Below are positions 51,502-61,693 of a DNA stretch of 64,000 nt, piece after piece. Below the pieces are notes generated by a model. It saw only the letters and a program-made list of their open reading frames with translations, did no database searches and was not told the origin of the DNA. The stretch lies in the NCBI GenBank assembly GCA_943354165.1, contig CALRBH010000005.1, forward strand, positions 18 to 64,017. The letters run 5' to 3'. This stretch comes from Candidatus Uhrbacteria bacterium RIFOXYB12_FULL_58_10 (GTDB lineage Bacteria; Patescibacteriota; Patescibacteriia; UBA9934; GWF2-40-263). Numbering within the stretch: the first letter of the stretch is position 1; each line of letters starts with the position of its first letter. Both the position numbers and the translations under genes were made by a program.

Positions 51502-52587
51502 ATGAAACTCGCGATTGTCCACGACCACCTCGTCCAAGACGGGGGTGCGGAACAGGTGCTGCGGGTTCTCCAGGAAATCTGGCCCGAGGCACCCACCTAC
51601 ACCCTCGTTTTTGATGCGGCCAAAATGCCGTCGTTCAAGGACAAGGACATTCGATCTTCGTTCCTCCAGAAGCTCCCGTTCGCGAAGTCCCGCTACCAGT
51701 GGTACATCGCCCTCATGCCAACCGCTACGGAGTCCTACGACCTGCGGGAGTTCGATGTAGTGGTCTCGAGCTCGAGTGCATTCTCCAAAGGCATCATCAC
51801 GCGCCCTGGAGCCATTCACATCTGCTACTGCCACACGCCGACGCGTTACCTGTGGTCGGATTCCGTGAGCTATGTGAACGAGCTCAAGGTTCCAAAGCCG
51901 ATCAAGATGTTCCTGCCTCCCCTGCTCTCGATGCTGCGGGTTTGGGATCGCCATGCGGCAGATCGCGTCGACCATTTCATCGCGAATTCTGCGACGGTGA
52001 AGGAACGCATCAATAAATATTACGAAGCACCGAGCACTATCATCCATCCGCCGGTTGATGTGTCGAAGTTTGCGATTTCTGATGCGCCAAAGAGTTATTT
52101 CCTCGCTGGCGGACGACTCGTTCCGTACAAACGGTTCGACCTTGTGGTGCAGGCAGCCAATAAAACCGGCATTCCTGTGAAGATTTTCGGTTCTGGCCCT
52201 GCGGAGGCGGAGTTGAAGGCGATGGCCAAAGGGAACGTCGAATTTCTCGGTCGCGTTACGCTCGCCGAGCAGGCGAAGCTGTACGCGAACGCCAAGGCGT
52301 ACATTCATCCGCAGGAGGAAGACTTCGGGATGACGGCGGTTGAGTCGATGGCCGCGGGCCGGCCGGTGATTGCGTTCAATCGCGGTGGAGCGACAGAGAC
52401 GGTTGTTCCAGGCGTGACGGGAGAGTTCCTCGATGAGCAAAGTTGGGAAGAGCTTGCGGATCATCTCATTCGATTCGACAATGCGAAGTACGATCCAGCG
52501 GCGATCCGAACCCATGCGGAAAAGTTTTCTACGGAGCAATTTAAAGCCAAGCTCAAGGCGTTCGTCGAGGAGAAACTTCGGAAATAA
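51502..52587 (+). CDS. Glycosyltransferase family 4
   Basis: HDHLVQDGGAE, YCHTPTRY, EEDFGMTAVESMAAG. Confidence 0.92.
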   Translation: MKLAIVHDHLVQDGGAEQVLRVLQEIWPEAPTYTLVFDAAKMPSFKDKDIRSSFLQKLPFAKSRYQWYIALMPTATESYDLREFDVVVSSSSAFSKGIITRPGAIHICYCHTPTRYLWSDSVSYVNELKVPKPIKMFLPPLLSMLRVWDRHAADRVDHFIANSATVKERINKYYEAPSTIIHPPVDVSKFAISDAPKSYFLAGGRLVPYKRFDLVVQAANKTGIPVKIFGSGPAEAELKAMAKGNVEFLGRVTLAEQAKLYANAKAYIHPQEEDFGMTAVESMAAGRPVIAFNRGGATETVVPGVTGEFLDEQSWEELADHLIRFDNAKYDPAAIRTHAEKFSTEQFKAKLKAFVEEKLRK

Positions 52588-52590
52588 TCT

Positions 52591-53727
52591 GTGAACATTC
52601 TCATAGACATCCGACATCTTGGAGGAGGAACTCCGAGCGGAGTCGGTCAGTACGCGCGCGAACTTTTGCGTGCGCTTCTTCCGCTTGATCCGACCGTTTC
52701 GTACACGTTGCTTTCGACCGGCTTTCGAAAACCAACGCTTCCCTTTTCACTTCCGCTAAACGCAAAACACGTTCACATCCACGCGCCCAACCGGGCGTTG
52801 TTTGCGTCCATGGCGTTGGCATTTCCGAAGCTCGATAAGCTCGTAAAAGGCCGATTCGACGTAGTTTTCGTGCCGAATCTACATGTGACTCCCCTCTCGG
52901 CTGGAATCCCGATGGTCCTCACGATCCACGACGCGAGCTGGCTGGTAAATCCGTCCTGGTTTTCTCCAAAGACAAGGCTCTGGCACAAGATCGTCCGACC
53001 GAAAGTGCTCGTCGATCGCGCAACGCGATTGATCGTTCCGTCTGAAAGCACCGCGCGAGAAGCACAGGCTTTCCTTGGCGCTGACCCGTCGAAAATTCGT
53101 ATAATCCCACACGGCGTGGATCCGATCTTTTCGCCGAAGCCGACGCCACAGGATCACGGCGTGCGATCGCGCTTGAATCTTCCGAAGCGCTTCGCTCTCT
53201 TCCTTGGAACCATCGAAGCGCGTAAAAACGTCGACGGAATCATCGAGGCGGTCCGAATGTACCGCGAGAAGACCGGCGATCGACTCGAACTCGTTCTCGT
53301 GGGATCGAAAGGTTGGGGAAGTTTGGGAGGTTCGGAAGGTTTGGGAGGACGAAAGGATGAGTGGGTTACTCGTCTAGGTTACGTCCCCGACACTGACCGT
53401 CCGGCGCTCTACCGATTCGCGTCCGTGTTTCTTTTTTCATCTCACATGGAAGGGTTCGGCATGCCTGTCCTTGAGGCGATGGCGAGCGGGACGCCGGTCA
53501 TCACCAGTCCGCGCGGTGCGCTCCCGGAAGTTGCCGGTGACGCGGCGATGTATGCAGACCCAATCGACCCGAATCGCATCGAAATGTGCCTTGAGCAATT
53601 CTTCGGTAGCCAAGAGTTACAAGCGAAATTATCGGCGCGTGGATTGGAACGAGCGAAGGGGTTTGATTGGGGAGAGACCGCGCGAAAGACCTTGGAAACA
53701 TTGAGAGAAGCGGCTGGGCACGAATAG
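52591..53727 (+). CDS. Glycosyltransferase family 4
   Basis: TIHD, GTIEARKN, EGFGMPVLEAMASG; family C repeat in frame at 53311-53348. Confidence 0.92.
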   Translation: MNILIDIRHLGGGTPSGVGQYARELLRALLPLDPTVSYTLLSTGFRKPTLPFSLPLNAKHVHIHAPNRALFASMALAFPKLDKLVKGRFDVVFVPNLHVTPLSAGIPMVLTIHDASWLVNPSWFSPKTRLWHKIVRPKVLVDRATRLIVPSESTAREAQAFLGADPSKIRIIPHGVDPIFSPKPTPQDHGVRSRLNLPKRFALFLGTIEARKNVDGIIEAVRMYREKTGDRLELVLVGSKGWGSLGGSEGLGGRKDEWVTRLGYVPDTDRPALYRFASVFLFSSHMEGFGMPVLEAMASGTPVITSPRGALPEVAGDAAMYADPIDPNRIEMCLEQFFGSQELQAKLSARGLERAKGFDWGETARKTLETLREAAGHE

Positions 53728-53789
53728 TAGTCAGAAATAATGAGCACCCGGCAGACGAGCTGGGTGCTCTTTGTCTACGCGGGTGCGAT

Positions 53790-53969
53790 TCAGTTGTCGG
53801 TTTTGTTTTGACGTACCGTTCCAGTGAAGTACATCTTTTGGAAACGATCATTGATGTAGACCATTATCACCTCGTACTCCGTGGGGCCTCTTCCCTGCCA
53901 CCAGGTGTAGTGTTCTACTTCCTTTTCTCTGGTATCCCTGCTGTCGTCGCGACGCTCTTTTCTTGTCAT
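53790..53969 (-). CDS. Small hypothetical protein (59 aa)
   Basis: AGGAGG SD before MTRKERRDD; hairpin at 53741-53768 downstream. Confidence 0.4.
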   Translation of the reverse strand: MTRKERRDDSRDTREKEVEHYTWWQGRGPTEYEVIMVYINDRFQKMYFTGTVRQNKTDN

Positions 53970-53995
53970 GGGCACGGAATCCTCCTGGAGCGCCA

Positions 53996-54253
53996 TCAGG
54001 TGATGATGAGTCGCTTGAAACGACGTGAGAGCCTGAAAGCTCGTTTGGCCAACAACCCAAAACTGAGTGCAGCGACAAAAAAGAACACGATGAGATAGAC
54101 AGGACTTTCGAGGAAATACTGCCGGACGGCGCCCACCAGCATTCCACCTGAAGCCACGACGTTTCCTATCGCCTGAAACAGGCGGAATCGACTCTCTGAT
54201 CTGTACTTCATGTTGAGCCTGTCCTGCATCTTGATAAGGACCCATCCAATCAT
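53996..54253 (-). CDS. Small 2-TM basic protein (85 aa)
   Basis: Strong SD GGAGGTG before ATG. Confidence 0.55.
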   Translation of the reverse strand: MIGWVLIKMQDRLNMKYRSESRFRLFQAIGNVVASGGMLVGAVRQYFLESPVYLIVFFFVAALSFGLLAKRAFRLSRRFKRLIIT

Positions 54254-54297
54254 ATTCACCTCCGCCGAAGATCCTAAGCTTTTCCAATAGTTTTTTC

Positions 54298-54345
54298 AAC
54301 CCCAACCTCCCCAACCTTCCGAACTTCCCAAACCTCCCCAACCCC
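54298..54345. repeat. Family C 9-mer tandem repeat
   Basis: cccaacctc-cccaacctt-ccgaacttc-ccaaacctc-cccaacccc. Confidence 0.85.
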
Positions 54346-54368
54346 TCGCGATTTGCTATACTGCCCGT

Positions 54369-55478
54369 ATGAAACTCGGCATTGATGCACGCATGTATGG
54401 GCCGCGCGTGGGGGGTGGGGGGATTGGGCGGTATGTCGAGGAGCTTGTGAAGCGCCTGGCACGCCGGTCTGATGGGATCCGCTACGTGCTGTTCGTGAAA
54501 CCAGAGGCCCGGGACCTGATCCCGAAGGCCGCCCACTTTGAGGTACGCGAGGCTGACATTCACTGGTATGGCGCCGCTGAACAGCTCCGGATGCCGGCGC
54601 TTATCGACAACGAAAAGCTCGATCTCGTCCATGTGCCGCACTGGAACGTGGCGATGCTGATGAAAACGCCATTTGTTGCGACGATTCACGACCTGATTTT
54701 GCTCGAAGAACCTCGCTCCGCCCGGGCAACGACTCTGCCTGCGGCGTTATATACACTGAAGTACCTCGCGTACCGTGCCGTTTTGCGCCAGGCTGTGGTA
54801 AAATCTCGTGGGATCATCGCTCCATCGCAGGCGGTAAAAGATTCGATTCTTTTTCACTTTTCGACTACGGACAACGCAAAGATCCAAGTGATCAACGAAG
54901 GGGTCACTGAGCTCCCTGCGCCAGCCGGAAATCTCCCTGCGTCACTTGCGGGCCATCCGTATTTCCTCTGCGTGGGCAACAGCTATCCGCACAAGAACCT
55001 TGGAATGGTTCTGAACGCTTTCGCCGCCTTTTTCCCGTTCCATCCGGAAACCAGACTCGTCTTTGCCGGCCGGAGGGACACGTTCCGCATGAGCCTCGAA
55101 GCAGACGTTGCAAAACTCGGCCTGCCGGAGGACGCCGTCGTCTTCATCGACAGTCCGTCGGACACGGAACTTTCGCTCCTGTACGCAAACACCACGCTCT
55201 ACTTGTTCCCTTCCCGCATCGAAGGGTTTGGCCTGCCGCCACTTGAGGCGTTGGCCGCCGGAGCACCTGTCGCCGTGTCCGACATTCCAGTACACAGGGA
55301 AATCCTCGGGGGCGCGGTAAAATATTTCTCCCCGAACGATCCAAAGGCCATCGCAAAGATCATGAGTGAATCTCTTACACGTTCTGTCACCCCGACTATC
55401 GACCCCCGACTACCGACTGCCTACTCGTGGGACAAGATGACCGAAGAAACCGTCGCGCTCTACAAAAAACTCGCTTAA
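54369..55478 (+). CDS. Glycosyltransferase family 4
   Basis: GIDAR, GIGRY, TIHDL, VGNSYPHKN, EGFGLPPLEA. Confidence 0.92.
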   Translation: MKLGIDARMYGPRVGGGGIGRYVEELVKRLARRSDGIRYVLFVKPEARDLIPKAAHFEVREADIHWYGAAEQLRMPALIDNEKLDLVHVPHWNVAMLMKTPFVATIHDLILLEEPRSARATTLPAALYTLKYLAYRAVLRQAVVKSRGIIAPSQAVKDSILFHFSTTDNAKIQVINEGVTELPAPAGNLPASLAGHPYFLCVGNSYPHKNLGMVLNAFAAFFPFHPETRLVFAGRRDTFRMSLEADVAKLGLPEDAVVFIDSPSDTELSLLYANTTLYLFPSRIEGFGLPPLEALAAGAPVAVSDIPVHREILGGAVKYFSPNDPKAIAKIMSESLTRSVTPTIDPRLPTAYSWDKMTEETVALYKKLA

Positions 55479-55482
55479 ACGT

Positions 55483-58188
55483 ATGGAGGAGAACGGCCGC
55501 AACAATCCACGCATTATTGCTCGGGTAAACGAAACCGCGAGCGACTCGGCGCTTGAGAGGCTTTTGCGTACGCGCCGTTCGAGTCTCACCGCGGACAACT
55601 CGCTTCCAGGCGAGGTGCGGGCGCGCAGTCTGTTCCAGCCGGAGGAACAGGGACTTTTTCTTAAACGCACTTCACACAATCCCCTTTCCCCGCACATTCT
55701 CTCCCTGCGCGCGCCCGCCCAGGAGCCAGAGGCCTCGTTTGATGGCGTGAACATGCTGGATGGCGAAGTGGTAGAAATTGTAGAAGGCGTAGAAAATGGG
55801 CTTGGTTTGGATCGCGACGACCTTGCCGGACAGCTGCTTGAAGAAACCCTGCCGCTCATCGACACTTCAAAGACTTCTTTGCAATACGTAGAAATTGCCC
55901 TGCCGGATCTTGCTGGTTTCCGCCGCGAAGCCGAGCTCCTTGGACTGAATGCCTTGGAGGTTGCGCCGGATGGCGCAGACCTCTCCGTACTGGCGCCGGT
56001 TTCCATGCCAGAGCGGCTCGCAAACATGTTCGAACTCCCCGATGCCGATGAATCGGAGGGTGAGGAAGAAGACGTTCTCATCGAATTCGCCGGACACGAC
56101 GAAGGTGTCGTGACAATCGAAGAGGTTGGGGAAGTTTGGGATGTTCGGGAAGTTGAGGAGGAAATAAACCTTCCGAACCTACCAAACCTCCCCAACATCC
56201 CAAACCTTTCGTTTTGGCGCTTGCCGCAGCTCCGCACGCTCGGAGCGTTCGTTCTGCTTTCCTTCGCCATCGTTCTGCCGATTCATGCAATGAATGTGGC
56301 GGGAATTTGGGGGAATGCCAAAGACGCTGTGACGAAGCAAGGAGAAACCGGGGCGACGTTGCTTTCTTCCGGAGCCTCTTCCGCGCTTTCGCGTGATGCG
56401 TCTGAGGCGGCGCGTGCGTTTGGCAGCGCGCAGACGAGCTTTGCGCAGGCCCAGTCGTCCGTGTCGAATCTTGGCGTCGCGGCGAACGCGATCATTTCGG
56501 CATTGCCATCAGGATCGAAGGTGGCCTCTGCGAACGCCGTGCTTACGGCCGGTGAAGCTCTCTCGATTGCTGGCGGTCGCATCTCTGAAGGCATCGCTTC
56601 GCTTGGGAACGATCCGCTCGCGAGCCCAACGGACCGCATCGCGCTCTTGCAGGCGTACCTTGAAGGCGCGCTTCCTCACCTTGAGCGTGCGGAGGCAGCC
56701 ATCGCAAAGGTGGATGTACAAACCCTCCCACCAGAAAGCCAATCACGTTTCACCATCCTTCAACAATCCATTCCAAGCGTCGTCTCCGGGATCCGCGAGC
56801 TCATCGAAGTGACCGATGCGGCCTATGCCGTGCTTGGCGGAACCGGGACCAAGCGCTACCTCGCCATCTTCCAGAACAATACGGAAATTCGCCCAACAGG
56901 TGGGTTCATGGGGAGCTTCGCCGAGATGGATATTCGCAAAGGCGAGATCGCCAAGCTCACCATTCCGGGCGGCGGAACGTACGATCTGCGCGCGGGCGTC
57001 ATGAAGCCGTTCATTTCTCCGAAACCACTCAGACTCCTCTCCGCCGCATGGGAATTCCAGGACGCGAACTGGTTCCCAGACTTCCCTACGAGCGCGCGCC
57101 AGATCATGCAGTTCTATGAACATGCCGGACAACCAACGGTAGATGGGGTGATCGCCGTGAACGCCACGTTCGTCGCCTCCCTCCTCGATCTCCTTGGCTC
57201 CATAGAGATGCCGGAATACGGACGCACCATCGACAGCAAGAATTTCCTCCTCGAGACGCAGAAAATCGTAGAGAATGAATACGATCGCGACGAGAACAAG
57301 CCGAAGGCGTTCATCGGCGACCTCGCACCGAAACTTCTTGAGAAGGCTAAGGCGCTTCCGCCAGAAGGATTCCTCGCCTTCCTCGACACCTTGCAGCAAG
57401 GACTCTCTTCCCGCGACATCCAGATCTACTTCGATGATCAGGAGCTCCAGAAACAGGTGATTGAACGCGGATGGGGCGGCGAGCTCAAGTGGAGCGACGG
57501 CGATTACTTCATGGCCGTGGACACCAACCTCGGCGGCGGGAAAACAGACGGCGTCATCCAGCAGAAGATCGACATAAAGGTGAACATTGAGGCCGATGGA
57601 ACCGTTACGGACTCCGTCACGGTCACCCGCACGCACTTTGGCCAGCCAGGAAGCGACTTCTCCGGAGTGAACAACGTCGATTACCTGCGCTTATACGTTC
57701 CCAAAGGCAGTGAGCTTCTCTCAGCCGACGGGTTCTCCATTCCAGACGCCTCCCTCTTCGACGCTCCGATGACGGATTGGCTCATCGACGATGACTTGAT
57801 CTACGGATTGGACGGTGCAAAGACGGATGCGAAGAGCGGAACGGACATCTTCGAGGAATCCGGGAAGACCGTATTCGGCAACTGGATCCAAACGAAACCA
57901 GGCGCCACATCCACCGCACATTTCACCTATCGACTGCCGTTCAAGGTGGAGGTCGGGAAGGCGGATCCTACGCTCATCGACCGGCTGAAGACTTCCCTAG
58001 GGGTCCCAAACACCGGCCGCTACACACTCACCCTCCAGAAGCAGTCCGGGATCCTCGATCGCACCACGACCGTTCACCTTACCGCACCTGAAGCCTGGAA
58101 TCTCGCCTGGTCTTCGCATGAAACGGACGGCGTATCCTTCACCAACGCCATGGATTCATTCTTCGCTACCATCTTTGAACGCAACTAG
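55483..58188 (+). CDS. DUF4012-domain membrane-anchored protein
   Basis: YLAIFQNNTEIRPTGGFMGS, DANWFPDFP, VDGVIAV, NLGGGK, YLRLYVP, QKQSG. Confidence 0.85.
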   Translation: MEENGRNNPRIIARVNETASDSALERLLRTRRSSLTADNSLPGEVRARSLFQPEEQGLFLKRTSHNPLSPHILSLRAPAQEPEASFDGVNMLDGEVVEIVEGVENGLGLDRDDLAGQLLEETLPLIDTSKTSLQYVEIALPDLAGFRREAELLGLNALEVAPDGADLSVLAPVSMPERLANMFELPDADESEGEEEDVLIEFAGHDEGVVTIEEVGEVWDVREVEEEINLPNLPNLPNIPNLSFWRLPQLRTLGAFVLLSFAIVLPIHAMNVAGIWGNAKDAVTKQGETGATLLSSGASSALSRDASEAARAFGSAQTSFAQAQSSVSNLGVAANAIISALPSGSKVASANAVLTAGEALSIAGGRISEGIASLGNDPLASPTDRIALLQAYLEGALPHLERAEAAIAKVDVQTLPPESQSRFTILQQSIPSVVSGIRELIEVTDAAYAVLGGTGTKRYLAIFQNNTEIRPTGGFMGSFAEMDIRKGEIAKLTIPGGGTYDLRAGVMKPFISPKPLRLLSAAWEFQDANWFPDFPTSARQIMQFYEHAGQPTVDGVIAVNATFVASLLDLLGSIEMPEYGRTIDSKNFLLETQKIVENEYDRDENKPKAFIGDLAPKLLEKAKALPPEGFLAFLDTLQQGLSSRDIQIYFDDQELQKQVIERGWGGELKWSDGDYFMAVDTNLGGGKTDGVIQQKIDIKVNIEADGTVTDSVTVTRTHFGQPGSDFSGVNNVDYLRLYVPKGSELLSADGFSIPDASLFDAPMTDWLIDDDLIYGLDGAKTDAKSGTDIFEESGKTVFGNWIQTKPGATSTAHFTYRLPFKVEVGKADPTLIDRLKTSLGVPNTGRYTLTLQKQSGILDRTTTVHLTAPEAWNLAWSSHETDGVSFTNAMDSFFATIFERN
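56121..56209. repeat. Family C 9-mer hairpin in frame in the DUF4012 gene
   Basis: Encodes EVGEVWDVREVE-EINLPNLPNLPNIPNL; a family D arm also lies at 55770-55797. Confidence 0.85.
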
Positions 58189-58191
58189 CTT

Positions 58192-60048
58192 ATGTCGGAC
58201 GTCCCCTCCCCACAGTCGGAACCACTCACCCGCAAGGAAACTCTTGAGGAGGGATTGAATTCGATTTACAAGGATGCGGCAGGAGACATGCCGGACTTCA
58301 CAAAGCTCGAAAAGCGCGGGAGCAACAAGCTCACCGGGCTCCTCGTGAAAATTCTCTTGGTGCTGACGGTCGCCTCGGCGCTTGCCTGGGGAGGATTCTT
58401 CCTCGTGAACACGTTGGGGACGGATTCCAAGAGCTTGGAAACATCCATCGAAGGCCCAGCAACGCGTCGGGCGGGCGAGGAGGCTTTTTATACGATTCGT
58501 TATAGGAACACGGGCAATGTTCCCATCGCTGCACTCTCGCTCACCGTAAGCCTCCCCCCTGGATTCGAACTGAAAGAAACCCTCCCAGCCCCCACGAATG
58601 ACTTCACTTGGACGCTCGGGTCGCTGACGCCGAGTTCCGATGGGGCCGTCACGATCCGCGGGCGATTCCGGAGCGCCGTGCCGAGTACGGAAACCATCCA
58701 GGCACTGTTCAACTATCGTCCAGCCAATTTCAGCTCAGAGTTCCAGGACCTTTCGACGATTCCTGTGAGCATTAACGACTCTTCCGTAGAGCTTTCGGTG
58801 ACGGGGCCGGAAAAGGCGCTGCCAGGAGACGAGGTCACCTACACGATCGAAGTCCTGAACACGACACGTGAGATACAGAAAGGCCTGGTGGTGACAGCAA
58901 AACTGCCGGAGTCATTCACCTTCGCCGGATCTGAACCAAAACCGGAAGATCCTCTCCGTGCGGAGTGGAAGATGGCGGAACTTGCCGCGGGAGAAACGCG
59001 CTCCATCACGGTGCGCGGCCGTTACACCGGATCCTCGGAAGGCACGCAATCGTTTGGTGCGGACCTTTCCTTCCTCGATACGACAAACCGCCTGCCGCTT
59101 GCCACCAAGCAGGTGGCGACGGACTTACTGGGCGGAGACCTCACGTTTCATCTGGTCGTGAACGGAAGCGCGAGCGATGGGTACGCCACGCTCGGCCAGA
59201 ACCTCAAAGTTTCCATCGATTACGCCAACCGCGGGCGTGAGCTCATCTCTGGCGTTTCGCTCACCCTCGCCATCGCGGGCGTTGGAGGCAAAGCGGCTCC
59301 GATCGCCCTGGATAAGGTCACTGGGCTTCCAGAAGGCATGATCGCAGGCGGTACAATGGTCTTCGACGTAACTCACTTCCCTGACATCGATAGTCTGGAT
59401 CCGAATGAAAACGGAATCATCGATCTCAACATTCCCCTCCTCGGGGCGATTGACCCGGCAAAAATTGCGGATGAACTGACGCTGACCCTCACGGCCAAAC
59501 TCGAGAAGGTCGGTTCCGTAGCGAGCCCACGCTCGATCCCCCTCTCTCCCATCGACATCCGTCTTGGTTCCAATCTCGCCATCTCCGCGGAGGCCCGTTA
59601 CTTCGATGATGAGGGGATCCCGGTTGGCAGCGGTTCCCTGCCTCCAAAGGTTGGCGAGTCCACCAAGTACCGCATCTTCTGGAAGGCCGCCAACACGCTG
59701 CACCCGCTCACTGGGCTGCGCATGACCACCAACCTTCCTCCGAACGTTGCCTGGACCGGAGTGAGCGGCGGAGAAGGCACCATGAAATTTAATGACACAA
59801 CACGGATCGTCTCCTGGGAGATTCCCGCCTGGGCCGCAGATAAAACCGCCGCGAACGCCTACTTCGAAGTCGGGGTCGCGCCGAATGCGAGCGACGTGGG
59901 AACCTTCCTCAAGCTGACCAACGCGATTTCGGCGGAGGCCACGGACGGGAAGAACGGTGCTCACCTCTCGAGGGCGCTCGACATCCTCACGAGCGAGGCG
60001 CCGACGGACGCAGGAGTGAAAGGAAAAGGAGTCGTCATTGATCGCTAG
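58192..60048 (+). CDS. Membrane-anchored DUF11/Ig-like domain protein
   Basis: TM helix; YTIRYRNTG..LPPGF, GDEVTYTIEVLN, PPKVGESTKY. Confidence 0.8.
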   Translation: MSDVPSPQSEPLTRKETLEEGLNSIYKDAAGDMPDFTKLEKRGSNKLTGLLVKILLVLTVASALAWGGFFLVNTLGTDSKSLETSIEGPATRRAGEEAFYTIRYRNTGNVPIAALSLTVSLPPGFELKETLPAPTNDFTWTLGSLTPSSDGAVTIRGRFRSAVPSTETIQALFNYRPANFSSEFQDLSTIPVSINDSSVELSVTGPEKALPGDEVTYTIEVLNTTREIQKGLVVTAKLPESFTFAGSEPKPEDPLRAEWKMAELAAGETRSITVRGRYTGSSEGTQSFGADLSFLDTTNRLPLATKQVATDLLGGDLTFHLVVNGSASDGYATLGQNLKVSIDYANRGRELISGVSLTLAIAGVGGKAAPIALDKVTGLPEGMIAGGTMVFDVTHFPDIDSLDPNENGIIDLNIPLLGAIDPAKIADELTLTLTAKLEKVGSVASPRSIPLSPIDIRLGSNLAISAEARYFDDEGIPVGSGSLPPKVGESTKYRIFWKAANTLHPLTGLRMTTNLPPNVAWTGVSGGEGTMKFNDTTRIVSWEIPAWAADKTAANAYFEVGVAPNASDVGTFLKLTNAISAEATDGKNGAHLSRALDILTSEAPTDAGVKGKGVVIDR

Positions 60049-60053
60049 AAGAA

Positions 60054-60084
60054 TAAAACGACTCCCTCTATGGGAGTCGTTTTA
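60054..60084. terminator. Bidirectional terminator
   Basis: TAAAACGACTCCC..GGGAGTCGTTTTA. Confidence 0.75.
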
Positions 60085-60161
60085 TGGTGCACCTGACTCG
60101 ATTCGAACGAGTGACCTCTTCCTTCGGAGGGAAGCGCTCTATCCAGCTGAGCTACAGGTGC
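60085..60161 (-). tRNA. tRNA-Arg(CCG)
   Basis: Loop CTCCGAA, CCA. Confidence 0.95.
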
Positions 60162-60209
60162 AAGGCGGGGTGCGAAGTGAGGAGACGGTAGGTCGAAAAG
60201 GCCTTTTCG

Positions 60210-61139
60210 TCAACCAATCCTCCTTATCATTCTTCCTAGACGATAGACCTGATACCCGATCGACGAGACAGGAACGTCAAACGTTCCTGGAACGGATACT
60301 CGTGTCCCATCGAAGCCGAGTTTAAAGCGAGTGATGCCAGACCATGAATGATCTGCGGGCGCGTCTACCGGAGCGATCCCCCACCAGTCGTAGGCCTTGA
60401 GTCCTTTCGCCTTGGCATCTTTCATGAGGGCCCAGTGAAGGAAAAATGGAGCCATGACGTTCCTGTGGCGGTCGCCTGAGGCGCCATGCAGGTAGGTGCG
60501 CGTGCCTTCAAAGTCTATGGCAATGGCCGTGGCGATAGCTTCGCCGGCGAACATGGCCTCGGCGCAGATGACGGACGGGTTCGTCTTCAGGAGCTCATAA
60601 TAATAAGAGGCTGGATGCACGCGGAAGTCTCCGCGGTGCGCGGTGGTTTCGAAGAGGGGCCAAACGCGGTCGAAGGCGGCATGCATGGTGACTTCTACTC
60701 CTTTGCGCTCTGCCAAACGAACGTTGTAACGCGTCTTTTCGTGCATGGCGGCGAGGAGAGCTTCTTCGGCCTTCGTCAGGTCCGTGATGAGCGTGTCCGA
60801 TGGCTGGATCGGCGATGATTCTACCGCGTGAGCAACGTATTCGCACGGTTCAACGCGTAAAAAAACTGCACGCTGTGCCCGGGCGTACTCGATGAGCTCG
60901 AACATGGCGCGCTCCGCATCGCCGATGGGGCCTTTTGGACAATAGAGATACGACATCTTGAGCGGGAGCGGCATGGTAATGAGCTGGGCGGCCCAACCAA
61001 CGCCTGCAACGCGTTCGACCTTCCGACCGACGGACGATTGAAACTCTCCCCAGCCCCAGGAATGCAGAAATCCGCCGGATGCGGGGAGCATTGGCGCAAC
61101 GAGGGCGTTCCATTCGTGTTGATCAGTGACAATTCGCAC
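60210..61139 (-). CDS. FemABX-family lipid II peptidyltransferase
   Basis: FLHSWGWG, KTRYNVRLAERKGV, YLHGAS, YDWWG, GITRFKLGF. Confidence 0.9.
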   Translation of the reverse strand: MRIVTDQHEWNALVAPMLPASGGFLHSWGWGEFQSSVGRKVERVAGVGWAAQLITMPLPLKMSYLYCPKGPIGDAERAMFELIEYARAQRAVFLRVEPCEYVAHAVESSPIQPSDTLITDLTKAEEALLAAMHEKTRYNVRLAERKGVEVTMHAAFDRVWPLFETTAHRGDFRVHPASYYYELLKTNPSVICAEAMFAGEAIATAIAIDFEGTRTYLHGASGDRHRNVMAPFFLHWALMKDAKAKGLKAYDWWGIAPVDAPADHSWSGITRFKLGFDGTRVSVPGTFDVPVSSIGYQVYRLGRMIRRIG

Positions 61140-61141
61140 AC

Positions 61142-61693
61142 TTATCGTGAAAGCGATTTAAGCGCGGCGCGGATACGGTCTTCGACGGAGCCTTTCGTGT
61201 CCTTCAGCGCGTCGTCGGCTTGTTTGCGGGTGTAGCCAAGGCCCATAAGCGCATCGATTTCCTCTCCGTTTTGTCCGCTACCTGTCGAAGCGTCGCCTTC
61301 CTCGGCGATGATTCCTGAAAGTTCAAGGATGATCTTCTGCGCGGTCTTCTTTCCGATCCCCGGAACCGCCGAAAGGAACGCGACGTCCCCTTTCATGATG
61401 TGTGACTTCACTACATCGACCGTTCCCGCGTTTGCGATCTTCTGCGCGCTCTTTGGCCCGACCCCGGAGACGGTCGTCAGCCTCCAGAACAGCTCCAGCG
61501 TGTTCATGTTTTCAAACCCAAAGAGTTCCCGGCCATCATCGCGTTGGACCTCGTGCGTATAGAGCATGACCTCGGACGGCAGCGCGCGGATGAGCATTTC
61601 CGGCATGGTGACTTTGTAGCCAACCCCGGCCACGTCCACAATCAAAAACCCATTTCCGCGAAAAGCCACTGTTCCCTTGAGCATGGCAATCAT
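61142..61693 (-). CDS. ruvA: Holliday junction branch migration protein RuvA
   Basis: VAGVGYKV, LFGF, VSGVGPK, VPGIGKKTAQKIILEL, ALMGLGY. Confidence 0.95.
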   Translation of the reverse strand: MIAMLKGTVAFRGNGFLIVDVAGVGYKVTMPEMLIRALPSEVMLYTHEVQRDDGRELFGFENMNTLELFWRLTTVSGVGPKSAQKIANAGTVDVVKSHIMKGDVAFLSAVPGIGKKTAQKIILELSGIIAEEGDASTGSGQNGEEIDALMGLGYTRKQADDALKDTKGSVEDRIRAALKSLSR

